From: Haplodiscus bocki
Lineage: Eukaryota
Length of the DNA: 64,000 nt
Direction: 5' to 3'
Assembly (NCBI GenBank): GCA_965655095.1
Contig: OZ296652.1
Coordinates: 49,414,001 to 49,478,000 of the forward strand
Part shown: positions 39,586-51,600 of the stretch, piece by piece
How positions within the stretch are numbered: the stretch's first letter is position 1
How the letters are laid out: every line of letters begins with the position of its first letter
Position numbers and translations under genes: made by a program
The notes under the pieces: model-generated
Database searches by the model: none
Seen by the model: the letters and a program-made list of their open reading frames with translations, nothing else
Told to the model about the DNA's origin: nothing

Positions 39586-41608
39586 GTTGGTTTTTCACTA
39601 TTGTTTTCATGCAAATGTACGATATCCCAGAATCACTATAATACTCCTGTTCATGGAAAACCGTTCTTGATCATGGATTTATCATGGACTTGGAAAATTT
39701 GACCAGGCAACAAAAGTCTCCGTGGGTCTGTCATGTGACGTTGGGATAATGTTGCCTCAACTCCAGACTGCTTCCAAAAGATTATAATCTGGAATTCGAT
39801 GTTCTTGTACCTCCTGACTCGACAGTTTTCATCATAAAAAAGAAAATTCAACACCAGAATCTGGAATTTTGTTCCTAGCATTAGACTTATCAGATACCGA
39901 AGATGTCACAATTTTTAATTACTGCTTTTTCGACAGATTAAAACTCAGTTTTCTCCAGTTTCTTAAAGTCGGTATCTTTCATCGAAACTCAGTCGAGGCT
40001 TTTTTTCTCTGTGCAAAAGCTAAGTCATAAAACGTTTTCCACGTTTTTCCTGTGAATAGGCAATTGGATTGGCCAAAACTATCAAAAACGTCAAGTTTTG
40101 ATGGTCATTTTCTCTGTTCAAACTCAAAATTTGGAAAAAGTTTTCCTACAAAACCTGTATTGACAGCTGCTACGTTTTTGAGAATTTTTTTAAAGACACT
40201 ATTTGATTTTCGCTGCATTGGAACCCTGATAAAGCGAGATTGGTAAAAATGCGATAAATATCGATTTTTGTTGACGATCAATTTCTTTTTTTATCTCCAG
40301 AGGTATCAGCTTGAGTTCCTTCATCTAGGCCTTAAGCGACAGTTTTAGGCATGTTAAAAATATTCCGAACTATTTTGTCTGTTTGTTGTTTTGGCTGAAG
40401 TTGTGATAGGTGGAAAGTCTAGAAACTGTCCTGCATTTTATTTTTTATCGATTTTCCTATTCAATTTTCTAGAAAAATTTACGGCTAAATTTCCTCTCTC
40501 AAGGTCCAATAGACCTTGTTCTACATGTGGAAAGTATTTGAGCTCCAATATTTTAAATCATCTTGTTCCTTCGGAACTCTGTTAGGTGATGAGAATCAAA
40601 AACTGCGACCTGGAGCAACATTTTTTCGATCAGTTCCACTCCATAATTATCAGCCAGGTTTGTTGCCTCAATGAATCTACCGATGGCTCATTTCCGTAGA
40701 AAGTCTTTTGGTAAAGTGTTCTTTTGTTTTGTTCGTTGCTCCAGAACACTGATAAGCTAAAACATCTGAAAACCACTGTTTTTAGGAAAACCGCAAAATA
40801 ATTCATGCATCTTTTCAAAACTTTGTGAAGTTGTTCCAAGCAGTATTTTCTTAGACGGTGTAGACTGAAAGTATCGTAGCGTTGCTGCAGTTCCTGTTCC
40901 GTATACCTCCAATAAAATCATCTAAACAATGACGCTACATCACACAGATTAAAGAAATGGGAAAAGTTGTGACTACTTCGTTCGTGTACACTAACATTTC
41001 TGGATAAAATTGCAGAGACAATTAAAAATCTGATGAGTTAGCTTGTTTGTGTTTCCTTCCTTCATTTTTTGGTTATATATGTTACTAAGCCTAAGTTCAC
41101 ACTAAAGGCGAACGCGCAGCAATACGAGATACCCCATGTTCACTATCTAACTTGATAAAAGCTAGCTTCTCGAGGACAACCAGTCTCTACTTGGAAAAGT
41201 TTTAAGCTTTAAAAATTATTTTTACGGTTATAAACTACGATATAAAAAATCTAGATTTTAACCAATGGCACGTCTTCTTTGTGTCATCTTCAAATTAAAT
41301 ATTTTCTTCCAAAAAGAACATCATCTGTTAAAATATCATCTCAAAACACCTATGTATTACAGTCGTCAAAAAAGTTTTTTTGCGAAAAATGTCTGAATGA
41401 GAAACGAAAAGCTCACATATTCCAAAACATGATCCAAGACTACTATTTCTGATGATGCTAAGACAATTATATCATCATTTGATATGAAAAATCAACATTC
41501 CGAAAAAGCAAACCGCTGACTTTGAAAAGTCGAGTTTGTTTTTTACCGAATAATCGCTTTGAGCAGACTCTCAAAATTTCTTTTCATTTTCTTTTTCCAA
41601 TTGTTTAG

Positions 41609-41878
41609 ACACATAAATTTACAACCTCTGCTCCCCAAAAACCAAGACGTTGAACCAGAAATGGACTATTTTAGTTGTGTTGATCCAAAATTGATGACGT
41701 TGGTCAAAACTATCAAAGTGAGGCTGCTTACTAAAGAAATGTGTCATGAGTATTGTGACATCCAATCGTTCCCAGTGGCAGTTTATGAAAGACTAGATCG
41801 CTCTTCTGGTCTCTATTCCTGTTCGTGTTCACCCACTTTGATGGAAATTTTCCGTGCTGGCACAAGTTGCCTCAACCA
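41609..41878 (+). CDS. WSCD-family sulfotransferase, exon 2 (second WSC-like domain)
   Basis: Pyrimidine-rich acceptor ttgtttag| in phase 2 matches exon 1. YFSCV...LTKEMCHEYCDIQSFPVAV...CSCS...C is WSC-like. The most parsimonious donor is CA|GTGACA at 41879 (phase 2), just before the in-frame TGA; the 3' boundary is less certain. Confidence 0.75.
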
Positions 41879-42547
41879 GTGACAAACCACTTACATTTTA
41901 GGTCTTTTATTTGATTTATTAAATAATCAATTAAATCACTACAATGTCAATCGAGCTGCTTTTTTCTGAAATGCTTCCAAATTCAAATTGGCTCAGAGAG
42001 ACTTCATATAAACATATGTATTTTTCTGAAGACTTGAATTTAAAGTTTAGCTTCAACAGCCTTAAAAATGGGTTTTGAAACATTTACGCTTTCGTTGCAA
42101 AAAGGGACTTATCCTATTATTTGTTCATGAAAATAACTGCTTCACAGTCGGGTTCGTTCTTTATGTTGAAAAAATAAGTATTTCATACCATCAGTGAAAA
42201 CACTGTCTGTATTTTAAGATCTTCCGAGAATAAATTCGTTGTTCTAACTTAATCAATAGATATGCGTAACTTTTTAAAATCACCTGAACAGGCCAATGTA
42301 AAATGAATGAACTCAAAATCCCGCCAGACTGACCAAAGAAATGTCGCCAAGTCTCAAAGAAAATGAATAGTTCTAAGATTTTAGCCCAAAATGGTAAAAT
42401 TTCATTTTAATACATCCAAGCAGCAGGTACAGCCTTTAGTTCAAGCCGTAACCGTCTCAAATATTGTAACAGCTTTGGTAAATGATACATTTATTCCGCG
42501 AAAAACTGGTATCATGAGCACATTGACATTGGCTTGTCACTTTGAAG

Positions 42548-42867
42548 AGGCGATTCTGAAACTTCCGCCCAACAAATTCTGACAAGTTTTGCTATTCAAC
42601 AATGTGCGCGGGCCAGACTCTTGGATGAACGTGACCCTCCATTCCCCATAGTGGGTCTGCTAACTGTCCCGGGATCAGGTAACACCTGGACCCGACTGCT
42701 TATCCAGCATCTGACTGGCAGTCTAACTGGATCCATTTATCGTGATTTGGAAAAGGTCCAGAGTGGTTTGTATGGAGAGAGTGTTAAATGGACAGCCTGG
42801 CCTCAGAATTATTCGACAAGTTTTGTGATCAAAACCCACAATTGGGAACTTTTCGAACGACAAGCTG
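42548..42867 (+). CDS. WSCD-family sulfotransferase, exon 3 (5'-PAPS-binding loop)
   Basis: QQCARARLL...VGLLTVPGSGNTWTRLLIQHLTGSLTGSIYRD...GLYGE...FVIKTH matches the WSCD consensus SFPGxGNTWxRxLIExxTGxxTGSxY. Acceptor ctttgaag| is phase 2; donor G|GTTAGT is phase 1. Confidence 0.88.
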
Positions 42868-43485
42868 GTTAGTTCTGTTCATCCAGTCGAGATCACAAAA
42901 TTATTTTTCAGGCCAACTTTTGAATACTAAACTCTACTGGTATCGTACTTCCCACTTTTAACTACAACAAATCCATCGGAGGGTCACTATCAGCAAAAAA
43001 TGATGCTTAAATGAGTTTTTAATTATCAAGTCCCATAAGAACGAACTGCCAACCTAAATTGGCGCTGACTGTTACAGGTAATTAACTATAACTATAAGGA
43101 AGAGCTTTTAAAATTTTCAGACGTTTCCCAGGGTGCAGATGCTCTAACTGATGTTAAAGCTCATCCGCTGAAGCTCAATAAGAAATCTCGGCACATAAAG
43201 AAAAAGTAAACTGCATGCCAAAATGACTGACCATTTTGAGCGAAACTTGTGTTAAATTTAGCTGACTAAAATTAACACCATGCATGTAAATGACTGCCCC
43301 AGTTAGTGTGCTTAAATGAGGAATCATACTTACTGATCCTGGGTTTTAGTTACCATTCAGAAAATCGTCATTTGTATGTTAAAAACTGTCAAACATTGTC
43401 CCTTATGGCTAATTATCACAAATCGCCATGATTTTGTCCAATTAGGATATTTTTCTAGCATACTGTGTGTTTTTCGAAGCATTAA

Positions 43486-44539
43486 CCCTGAAAAGTCAAG
43501 TAATCGTTTCCCATGAAACTCTACACTTTCCTATGCAATATAATGATATATTGGGGCTAAAAAGGACCATGACACTCCTTTTGTCGATGCCGTATTGACT
43601 TTAAACTGCACATAATGGCATCAGGAACTAATTTTAGCAACCAATAGAGAACAAGGAGAAAAGACATAAATTGTGATGATGGTTTTACAAAACTCCGGTT
43701 GTATCCAAAACTATCAGCGATATTGTACCCACTGTTGTACCACAGCAACAATTTTTGATTGATTACTTTATTTCTTGAACTTTTACTATAAATTCAACTC
43801 GACTTTCTAATTTCTTCACCATTTTCCTTACTTGAAAAATTCATTGAAGTGGGAAAATAACTATTCAGAAAAATACATCCTATAAGTGAACCTAATTCGA
43901 AATACTTGAAGAATTCCATCGACATTGAAGCGTCTATTCCCTCTCCCCTATCCGTCGAGCATCCCTCCGCAGAACCAAAGTTCAAACTTTTAATAAAACA
44001 TTAGAATATGACACCGATTCTTAAACTCTCAAGTAATCCTTTGATATTTTGAGAAGTTTTAATTTTTTGAAGAAAGCTCCATTTTACAAAACTACAAGGG
44101 TACAATTTTAAGAAGAATTCTCATCCCTAGTATCGAAAAAGTTGGTAGAGGGCATTTTGTTGTTCTTAAAAATTTCCGTTCCCAAAGATTATTGGCATAC
44201 CAAAGGGGTGGAGCTACAACAATTTTCTTTCCTAAAACGTTCCGTCTAGCAATGCCGCAAAACCCATTGGTTTTTACGTAGTATGAGACAACGCCGATTT
44301 TTTAAAAAATGAGTAAAAAATCGAAGATTGGGTTTTTTATAGGGTCATTAAAAAGAAAAGTCATGTTTTTACTTGGTTTACCGATCAATTTTGGGGAATA
44401 AAACTTCAGAAAACTGACATTTTTTCCCCATTTCTTTTTTTTAATAACAGTGATGAAAACTATATAATATGAAACAGAACTTTTCATCTGGTAAAAAGAA
44501 CAAAATGGAATCAAACAGCTTGATATTTTTAAATAAGGG
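43486..44539. mobile_element. Possible piggyBac-type MITE in intron 3
   Basis: TTAA|CCCT ... AGGG|TTAA termini; only 4 bp of TIR beyond the TTAA. Confidence 0.3.
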
Positions 44540-45137
44540 TTAACAGTAAATAAAACCGTAGTCGATGTTCGAGCATTCCAACATGATTGACTACTCGACT
44601 TTGCATTCTACTCCCATTCGATTGTTGAAATAAAAGAAACACATTAGCTGATTTAGCGAAATGTGTCCCAAAAATCTCAAAAACTGGAAACAAAAGATAC
44701 GCTTCCATGTTACGACTGAGAACTGCAGTTGGACAGTCCTATGAGGGCTTCAAAGAAACACGACTGGCTCTAGGCAGGTTTTTTGGGGAAACGATTTGTT
44801 TGAATAATATTAATAAAATGCGTTTCTTGTATGTTCTTTACAATCACACCGAATCGATAATCGTAAAGGCAATTGATTTATCGATCAGTGATCGATTGAA
44901 TGGAAAAAACTAAATGCCACACACCTTAATTTTTCAATTGCGAATTTTTTGGGTTTTTGCGCAAAGTTTTCCCGTATGTTCTCCATAATCGTTAACGTTA
45001 TCAATTTATCCATCTGTAATCGATTAAAGCAAAAAACTGAATATCACGCACCCTCATTTTTTTATTGAGAACTTTTCGAGTTGCTGTGGAAATGTTGCAA
45101 CAGAAACTCTTGATATTTTCCAACAATTAAATTTTAG

Positions 45138-45650
45138 AAGCCTTGAACGACACAAAACGCTTCCCGCGTAGAGCAATAAATGTGATCCGAGACCCAGTCA
45201 AAAGTGCAATATCCGAGTTTCATCGCGTCAATAGCAACCAGTACGCATCAGTGAGTGAGGAAAATCTGGTGGGAAAAAATATGACAACTTTAGCCAGAAA
45301 ACCACCAAGTCATGCTAACATGTTAATCAACCATGCAAAGCTTATCAGTGAAAAGGGTCTTGACGCTCTGTACGTGAGTTACGAGGACATGATGAACAAC
45401 CTCTTGCCGCAACTTTTTCGAATCCAACACTTTTTGGGCTTCGAAGACGCTCAGTCTGTTGAGCGAACATTCTGTACCTACCTGAGGAAGAAAGAAGGCA
45501 ATCAAACAACTGCCTAAAACAGATTTCATTCCGAAAGTTCTCGGTGAGATGGATCACGAAATCATGAATCGAAGATTGAAAAAACTATCGACACTTTTGC
45601 AAACGGCTCATTCCCATTTCTTAAGAATGCCATCGTACATTCAAAAATGA
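45138..45650 (+). CDS. WSCD-family sulfotransferase, last exon (3'-PAPS-binding region), with apparent frameshift at ~45502
   Basis: Acceptor attttag| is phase 1. Motifs AINVIRDPVKSAISEFHR, VSYED, RIQHFLG and ERTFC...KEGN. As assembled the frame stops at 45515-45517, but the +1 frame continues to TGA at 45648-45650. Confidence 0.8.
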
Positions 45651-45687
45651 AGGTGGAATGTTGTCTCGAAATGAATTGTGCTTTTGT

Positions 45688-45693
45688 AATAAA
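45688..45693 (+). terminator. Candidate polyadenylation signal AATAAA
   Basis: Begins 38 nt after the TGA at 45650. The hexamer is common in AT-rich DNA, so support is positional only. Confidence 0.5.
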
Positions 45694-48600
45694 GCTCGTA
45701 AACAAACTTGCAGTTAGAACAAAATTGGCACTGATATTTATCCATCAGTAATTTTAGTAATTTTTCATATTAATCTCCTACTCTCTATACTTCTTGTATC
45801 TAAAGAGCTTTCAAAGTTTTTTTGTCAATTTCACTACTCTCCTTATATTAGGAACTTCCTTCACACTTTGCCGCTCAATTTTCAATCAGCGCTGTTATTA
45901 CTTTTCTAAAACCCCAGTATTGCTGTACTTCAGTTTTGATTTATTTTAAGTTGATAAATCGAAGATATCATTCTGTATACGACGATTTCATTTACAGAGC
46001 GCTTTTTAAAAAGTTTTCAAAAGTGAACGAGGGTTTAGAACCGATCTAACTGCGCCATGGAGATGAAATTTGGAAACATGATTCGAATAGGATGGTATTT
46101 TTGACTTTTAGAACAAAAAAAGTTACTTAAAACAGAAAACAATTTCTCTTCCCGAAAGACACTTTATCCAAATAAGGACCCCAAAACCGCCTTGAAGATT
46201 GTGTAAATTAGGCTCTTTCATTTACAGTATCAATTCTAATCTCAAGAAAAACATACATGGGGATTCTTAAAATCGGTTTTCAATTTGTTTTTTTTTCTGT
46301 TGCTTTCTGAATTCCCCTAAATGCAATGAAAGAGTCTTTGCCTCTGAAATATCATGAAACATCAAAGCTTATGGAATATTTACTCCATAGCTGCAGAAAG
46401 TATTGCCTCCTAAGTTTTCCTTCTCATGAATTTTTTTATTTTAAAAAGAATTCAAATTTATACAATTTTTCTTGTTTCTGAAATGAAATGCTTCTTAACT
46501 TATAAATTCCTTTTTTTTGAAAAACAAAAAAACCATTTGATGTTTGGTTGACTGCCGAATTCATTAATAAAAATACGAAACAATCAGACACGTTTCAGGG
46601 ATCCCTCCATCAATCTTGCTTAGAATTCTCATTGAAGAAATTCAAGAAAAAGTGTTTTCTATTTTCGTTTTGTCAATTTATCAACTTCCCAGAGTTTTGT
46701 ACGATCTACACTTTGAAATAACTGAGAGAAAAATTGTCTTGAATATTAGTTTTATTCACTGATATTGATTTTGTGAGTCAGTTTGTTTTCATTCAAACGC
46801 TAAAAAATACTTCAATGATCAAACATGAAACGCGAAGAAATATTGCTCAATATTTGCGATTTGCGAGTGTCGCTATTCTCAGTTTTTAGTTACGTTTCAT
46901 CACAATAACCCGTGGTGTGTATCAAATTAGACCGTCCACGTAAAATTGAACAATTATCTTTTACAGAATCCAATTGCTCATTCAATTTTTTTCGTTGAAA
47001 TCATGGGATGAAAATGATGAAGTGATTCAAGGTTGGTATCCAAATTTTAGTCTACCTGTAGTTTCACAATTTTTAACCACGGTCTTTCCTTTGTTCCATC
47101 ACTTGTTTCTAAGAAGATTAATGAAAGTTGATCTCAAACATGTCAAAAAACATGGCCTCAAACTCAATCCCTCGTAACCGCTGCTAAACTTGAGCTTCAA
47201 CGAAAGACTGACAGATTTTACATCCAAATACGTTAGGTATTTAGGACCGTCACAGAAATTTTTGTGTCACTTGGATGTGGAAAGGATTTCATCTTTGATT
47301 TCAGAGAATCTTGATTGCTCCCTGTTTGCACGTTTCCATGTTTCGTACCGCGGTAGCTGTCAAGCTTTCATGAAGGAAATACTAGCTCTAGACAATCAAG
47401 CTATGCACAAAATTCATCCAATCAGACGATCATTTGGAAGTGAGCTATAACACTCTTCACTTCAGTGCAGTCAAACAGTACAATACTGATTTTAATATTC
47501 AAAGTAATCTTCACCATACTTCATCTCGGTGAAATCTATTTGCGCATCTCAATTCATAACCGACAGTGAGCCGTAACACATCTCCCCAATGCTAATAAAT
47601 TTACCAACACGAAGTTTCACCAACGGCAGTGACCTGTACAACACCTCATTTTAGTAGAGTGAGCGTCACTAGACCCTACTGAAATGCAATTAGTGTACAC
47701 GACATGGGATGGCTTTTTTGAGAACGAACTCTACCAGACCTGACTGTAGTGCAGTTTAATTGTATAATAAGCAAAGGAACAACTTTGAAGTGCGATAAAT
47801 TTAAAGCATTATCATTTCAAGTACGTATTCATGAGGTTCTAAAAAACGTTGTTCTAGAGTAAGCCGAAAATGAGCTCACCCAAGTCAAGTGAGTTTTTCC
47901 GTAAAGGCTTTCTGCAGTTTAAATTAAAGAAGTAATTATTTGATGCCATCAATTAGGCCAAAACGACACAATCGGAGTGGTTATTTTGTTTGGTCGAACT
48001 ATCAGTAAAACAATCGGCTAGCTCTAAAGAATTTTTGTGATCTTCAAATTGAACAAAAAACCATTAAAAGCAGTGATCTGGGACTAAAAATGTCTTAAAA
48101 ATGTCCAATTTGCATCATAATTGAACTTTTCAGTTTCTTTCCACAACCGAGATTTTAACTAAGAAGATTACTTTTTGGAAAAGACCACTAAAGGGACGAA
48201 ATTTACGGCAACCTTGGAACAGAATCACAAAGTAAAAGTTTTAAATGTGGATTTTAGTTTTATAGTGAAATTGGCAAATTTTATGTTGAAGAAATCTGAA
48301 TGCCGAGCTAATAATTTCTCGACCATGGATAAAATTTGAGAGAAAAGAAACATCATGGACGCAATGAGGGTTGTGCTCGGGTTTCAAGTACAGGCGTCTA
48401 ATAGAAGAAACGTTCCGAACAGGTCTCCGAATATGTAATATATAACAAACTCGCCTTTTGAGTTGTTCAAATCTAGCTGGAAGTTATGTCGGGGAAATTG
48501 TCATTCTACCTTAACGTTTGTTACCCATTCTGTCCTAATCAGCAAACCTATTGGACGAAATAGTGCGAAAGGCAATTTGGTGCAAATCAAGTAATATACT

Positions 48601-51600
48601 CGAAAAGAGCGTGATTAACATTTGAGATGATGGTACTTGACAAACATTGGCTTTAAGTAAACAGAAGACAGAATCATCCTAGTTTTTTCTTGACCAAATC
48701 AACAGTTTTTCGAAAATATTTCACTCTACATGACGCTCCACTATAAGAAGCAGCTCTTGGAATTCATTTTTATTACTCTCTTCGTTGGACTGTCCGTTCG
48801 TGGAGGCCAAGTCTATTGGCAACAACAGGACATAATTATCGCGAATTATAGAAGTTACGACAAGTTTGTGGAGATATTACTTTTTTGGAAAATTTTAACT
48901 TTTTAATTGGTAAATGTATTTGTAAATTTAAGCCTTAAATCACAACTTGATATATACTCGCAGAATTGCCCAATGTTGAGAGTTTTGCGTGCTGTCAAGA
49001 CAGGTTTCGAGTAAAAAATCTAATTTCTGACTAAAAAAAAACAAACTTCGGGCATTTTTTCGACAATCGTAAAATTTTCGCAACTTCCGAAAGTTTTCAG
49101 GAAAGGCTGGAAAACAACTAGAAATCATTCGTGCTTGGTAGGAGTTTTTAGGATGGGAAGTGCTTGGAGGCACCAGCGTCTCAAAGTTACTATTGTAGTA
49201 GTTGGAGTTAACGGCTTATCACGTTCTTTCGACGGAAACGACCATTTTTTCCCGGATTTTTTTTCAATATAAAGTGTAGCTTTAAAAAACTTTATTGAGT
49301 TGTATCAGCAAACATCAGCCCAGTAGGTTCAATGGGGGCTGAGATGAGAGCGCTTTGCTGAACTCTTGTTTAACAAAATCATCAAAAAAAACAATATGAT
49401 TAAAAACATGGCCACAATGAGCATTGCCCTTGGGTTTTTTGTACATAGGCTCAGTAAAGTAAGAAACATTCAAACAAGTTTCAAAAAATGTTTACTCCTC
49501 CAGCGTGTAATGTCTAGCTAAAAGAACTTAGGCAAGGGAATTTGCCAATTGGAAAAACAATAAATAGCTTCCTTTTCATGAAGAGCAACTCCAGTGGATG
49601 GATAAGCGGAGAATGCAACTCGGCACCAATTGAATACAACCAAATAAACAACGCAAAAAGTTTTCTGAATTGATGACGGTACGTGGGAAACATCGGATTT
49701 AGGTGAACGGGAAAAAATTTCAGTAAATTTCACTTTGTACCAAATTTCATTTGTCTAAGAAGGTTTTAGAAGTTTCGATAAAACCTGGCAAGCGGTAGCA
49801 ATGGCTTGCACTTCTTTTAGGTAGCTCACGGGGCACCAGGGTGGTGATCAGGGTACTTGTAATGTTACATATGATGTCCACAGATTGAGAGTTAAAATCT
49901 TTTTTTGACAATTGTTTTTTGCCGAAAAACTGGTCAAAAACCTCCAAGTAGATCATAGCTCCTTGACCTGCGATCTCTCTTACTGGTCGGTTGAGGTTGA
50001 GCCAATGTATAGAAAAGCCAATCGAATCACGTGCATCCTTTCATGCTAGGAAACGACAAAAAAACTTAAATTGTCAAGTTTGTTGGAGTTTGTTCTAACA
50101 AATTGCCACCGAAATGAAAATTCGAAGAGTCTACGTACGCCTCATAAGGTCTACCCAAGCACTAACCGACAATAAACGAGTGTTTCAAACAAACTTTTTA
50201 CTTGCAAGTGGTGTAACATCCGGAAAAAAAAGAATTTTTCAAATTTTTGCTAAACTCTCTGCTAAAGATCCAGGGAAATTTCCCAAACAATTTAATACTA
50301 GTAGAGGATCAAGAAGGGTCAATTTCGCCCCACTTCCAGTAATATATGCACACATCGTGAACAAATGGTTTTCGTGGTGGTCAAATTCGATAATTTGCAC
50401 TAAAAATTTTCGGCGTTTTCAGTTTTTTTTCGCCATTGACTTCTGGGCGATATAATTTTGGACGCCGACGTTTTGGGACATGGTCAATTGCAACTTTGCC
50501 GTAAAGAGTTTTGAAAAAAAAAGATCGCTTCAAACATTGGGTAGGGAGTTATTATATCTCAAAGGCTAGAATCACAGAGAGCGTTTCAAAAATCGACATG
50601 AACAAATTGTCATTGGAAGTGAATTTTATATTGACAAAATGTGTCGGAAAAAAATAGCAGACAAGACTAGCTTTTGAAAAATGTTTCTTTCCATAAAAAA
50701 TATGGAGGCGAAAAATATTGCAGCGTTGCATCAAAAACACGGTGTTTGGATAGATAACTGGTGCCAAGTTGTTGAAGTTATTACAAGTGTGAAAGTGAGG
50801 TCCACTGGAACACACTGAAAGGATCACATGACTCAGTTGAGCCCGCAGTTAAGCTTCAGTCACCAAGCGCCATTCGAATGAATCGAACCTTCTTGCATCT
50901 TGCAACAATCAACAACATCGCTCTTACAGACTCTGTTTTGCAAATTCATATTCGAGTTTCTGTTACATTGCTTGTTAATGCACCTCCTCCGTCAACAAAA
51001 CAATTCAATTAATACTCCTGTAAAAATCTCTTTGTTGATGTCCAACGGAGTTGAAAACAGTTTTGAGCGCACAGCGCACAGTAGTTCAAATTAATCGATC
51101 CGATTGAGACATCATCAAGAACACGAAATGAGTTACCAAGGGACTGAATTCACTTCCGGTGAGGTTACTCACCAGTCAGTAAGTGTTATATGCTCAAATA
51201 TGGTTGGCAGCAGAACCTTTTCAAGCAAGTTAAGAAGTTGCGTGAGCTATTAGCTGCTGAAAAGAATAACCTGATTTCAACTGGAAACAGCGAAGCTGCC
51301 GGCTCCCCTCGAGATGAGACATCGTGAAGCTTATCTGACAACCGGTACGACAGTAGCCACTCTCCAAATGAAAGGAGATACTTAATCGTTTACCTTTAAG
51401 GTGAAACGAAGCAAAGAAGCACAAACAGTATTTCTTATTCCTGCACCCACTGGATTGTAGTATTTCAATAGCTATCTGGCAAAATGATAATGGTATACGT
51501 GTAATGTTCAATATTCGAGTAAATGTAAAGTTCAAATAGGAAATCTAGCATTTCGCATTTTAGATATAATGAATTTAAGAAGAAATGTGTCAAGGATAAC

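Noticed and set aside
39011-39670. 219-aa ORF as a standalone single-exon gene
   Set aside because: It is exon 1 plus read-through into the intron; a phase-matched splice to 41609 explains it better.
41877-41903. TGA readthrough or selenocysteine in WSCD exon 2 (alternative donor at 41902)
   Set aside because: A better GTGA donor at 41879 removes the stop and matches the phase of the 42547 acceptor. No SECIS was recognised. RNA-seq would settle it.
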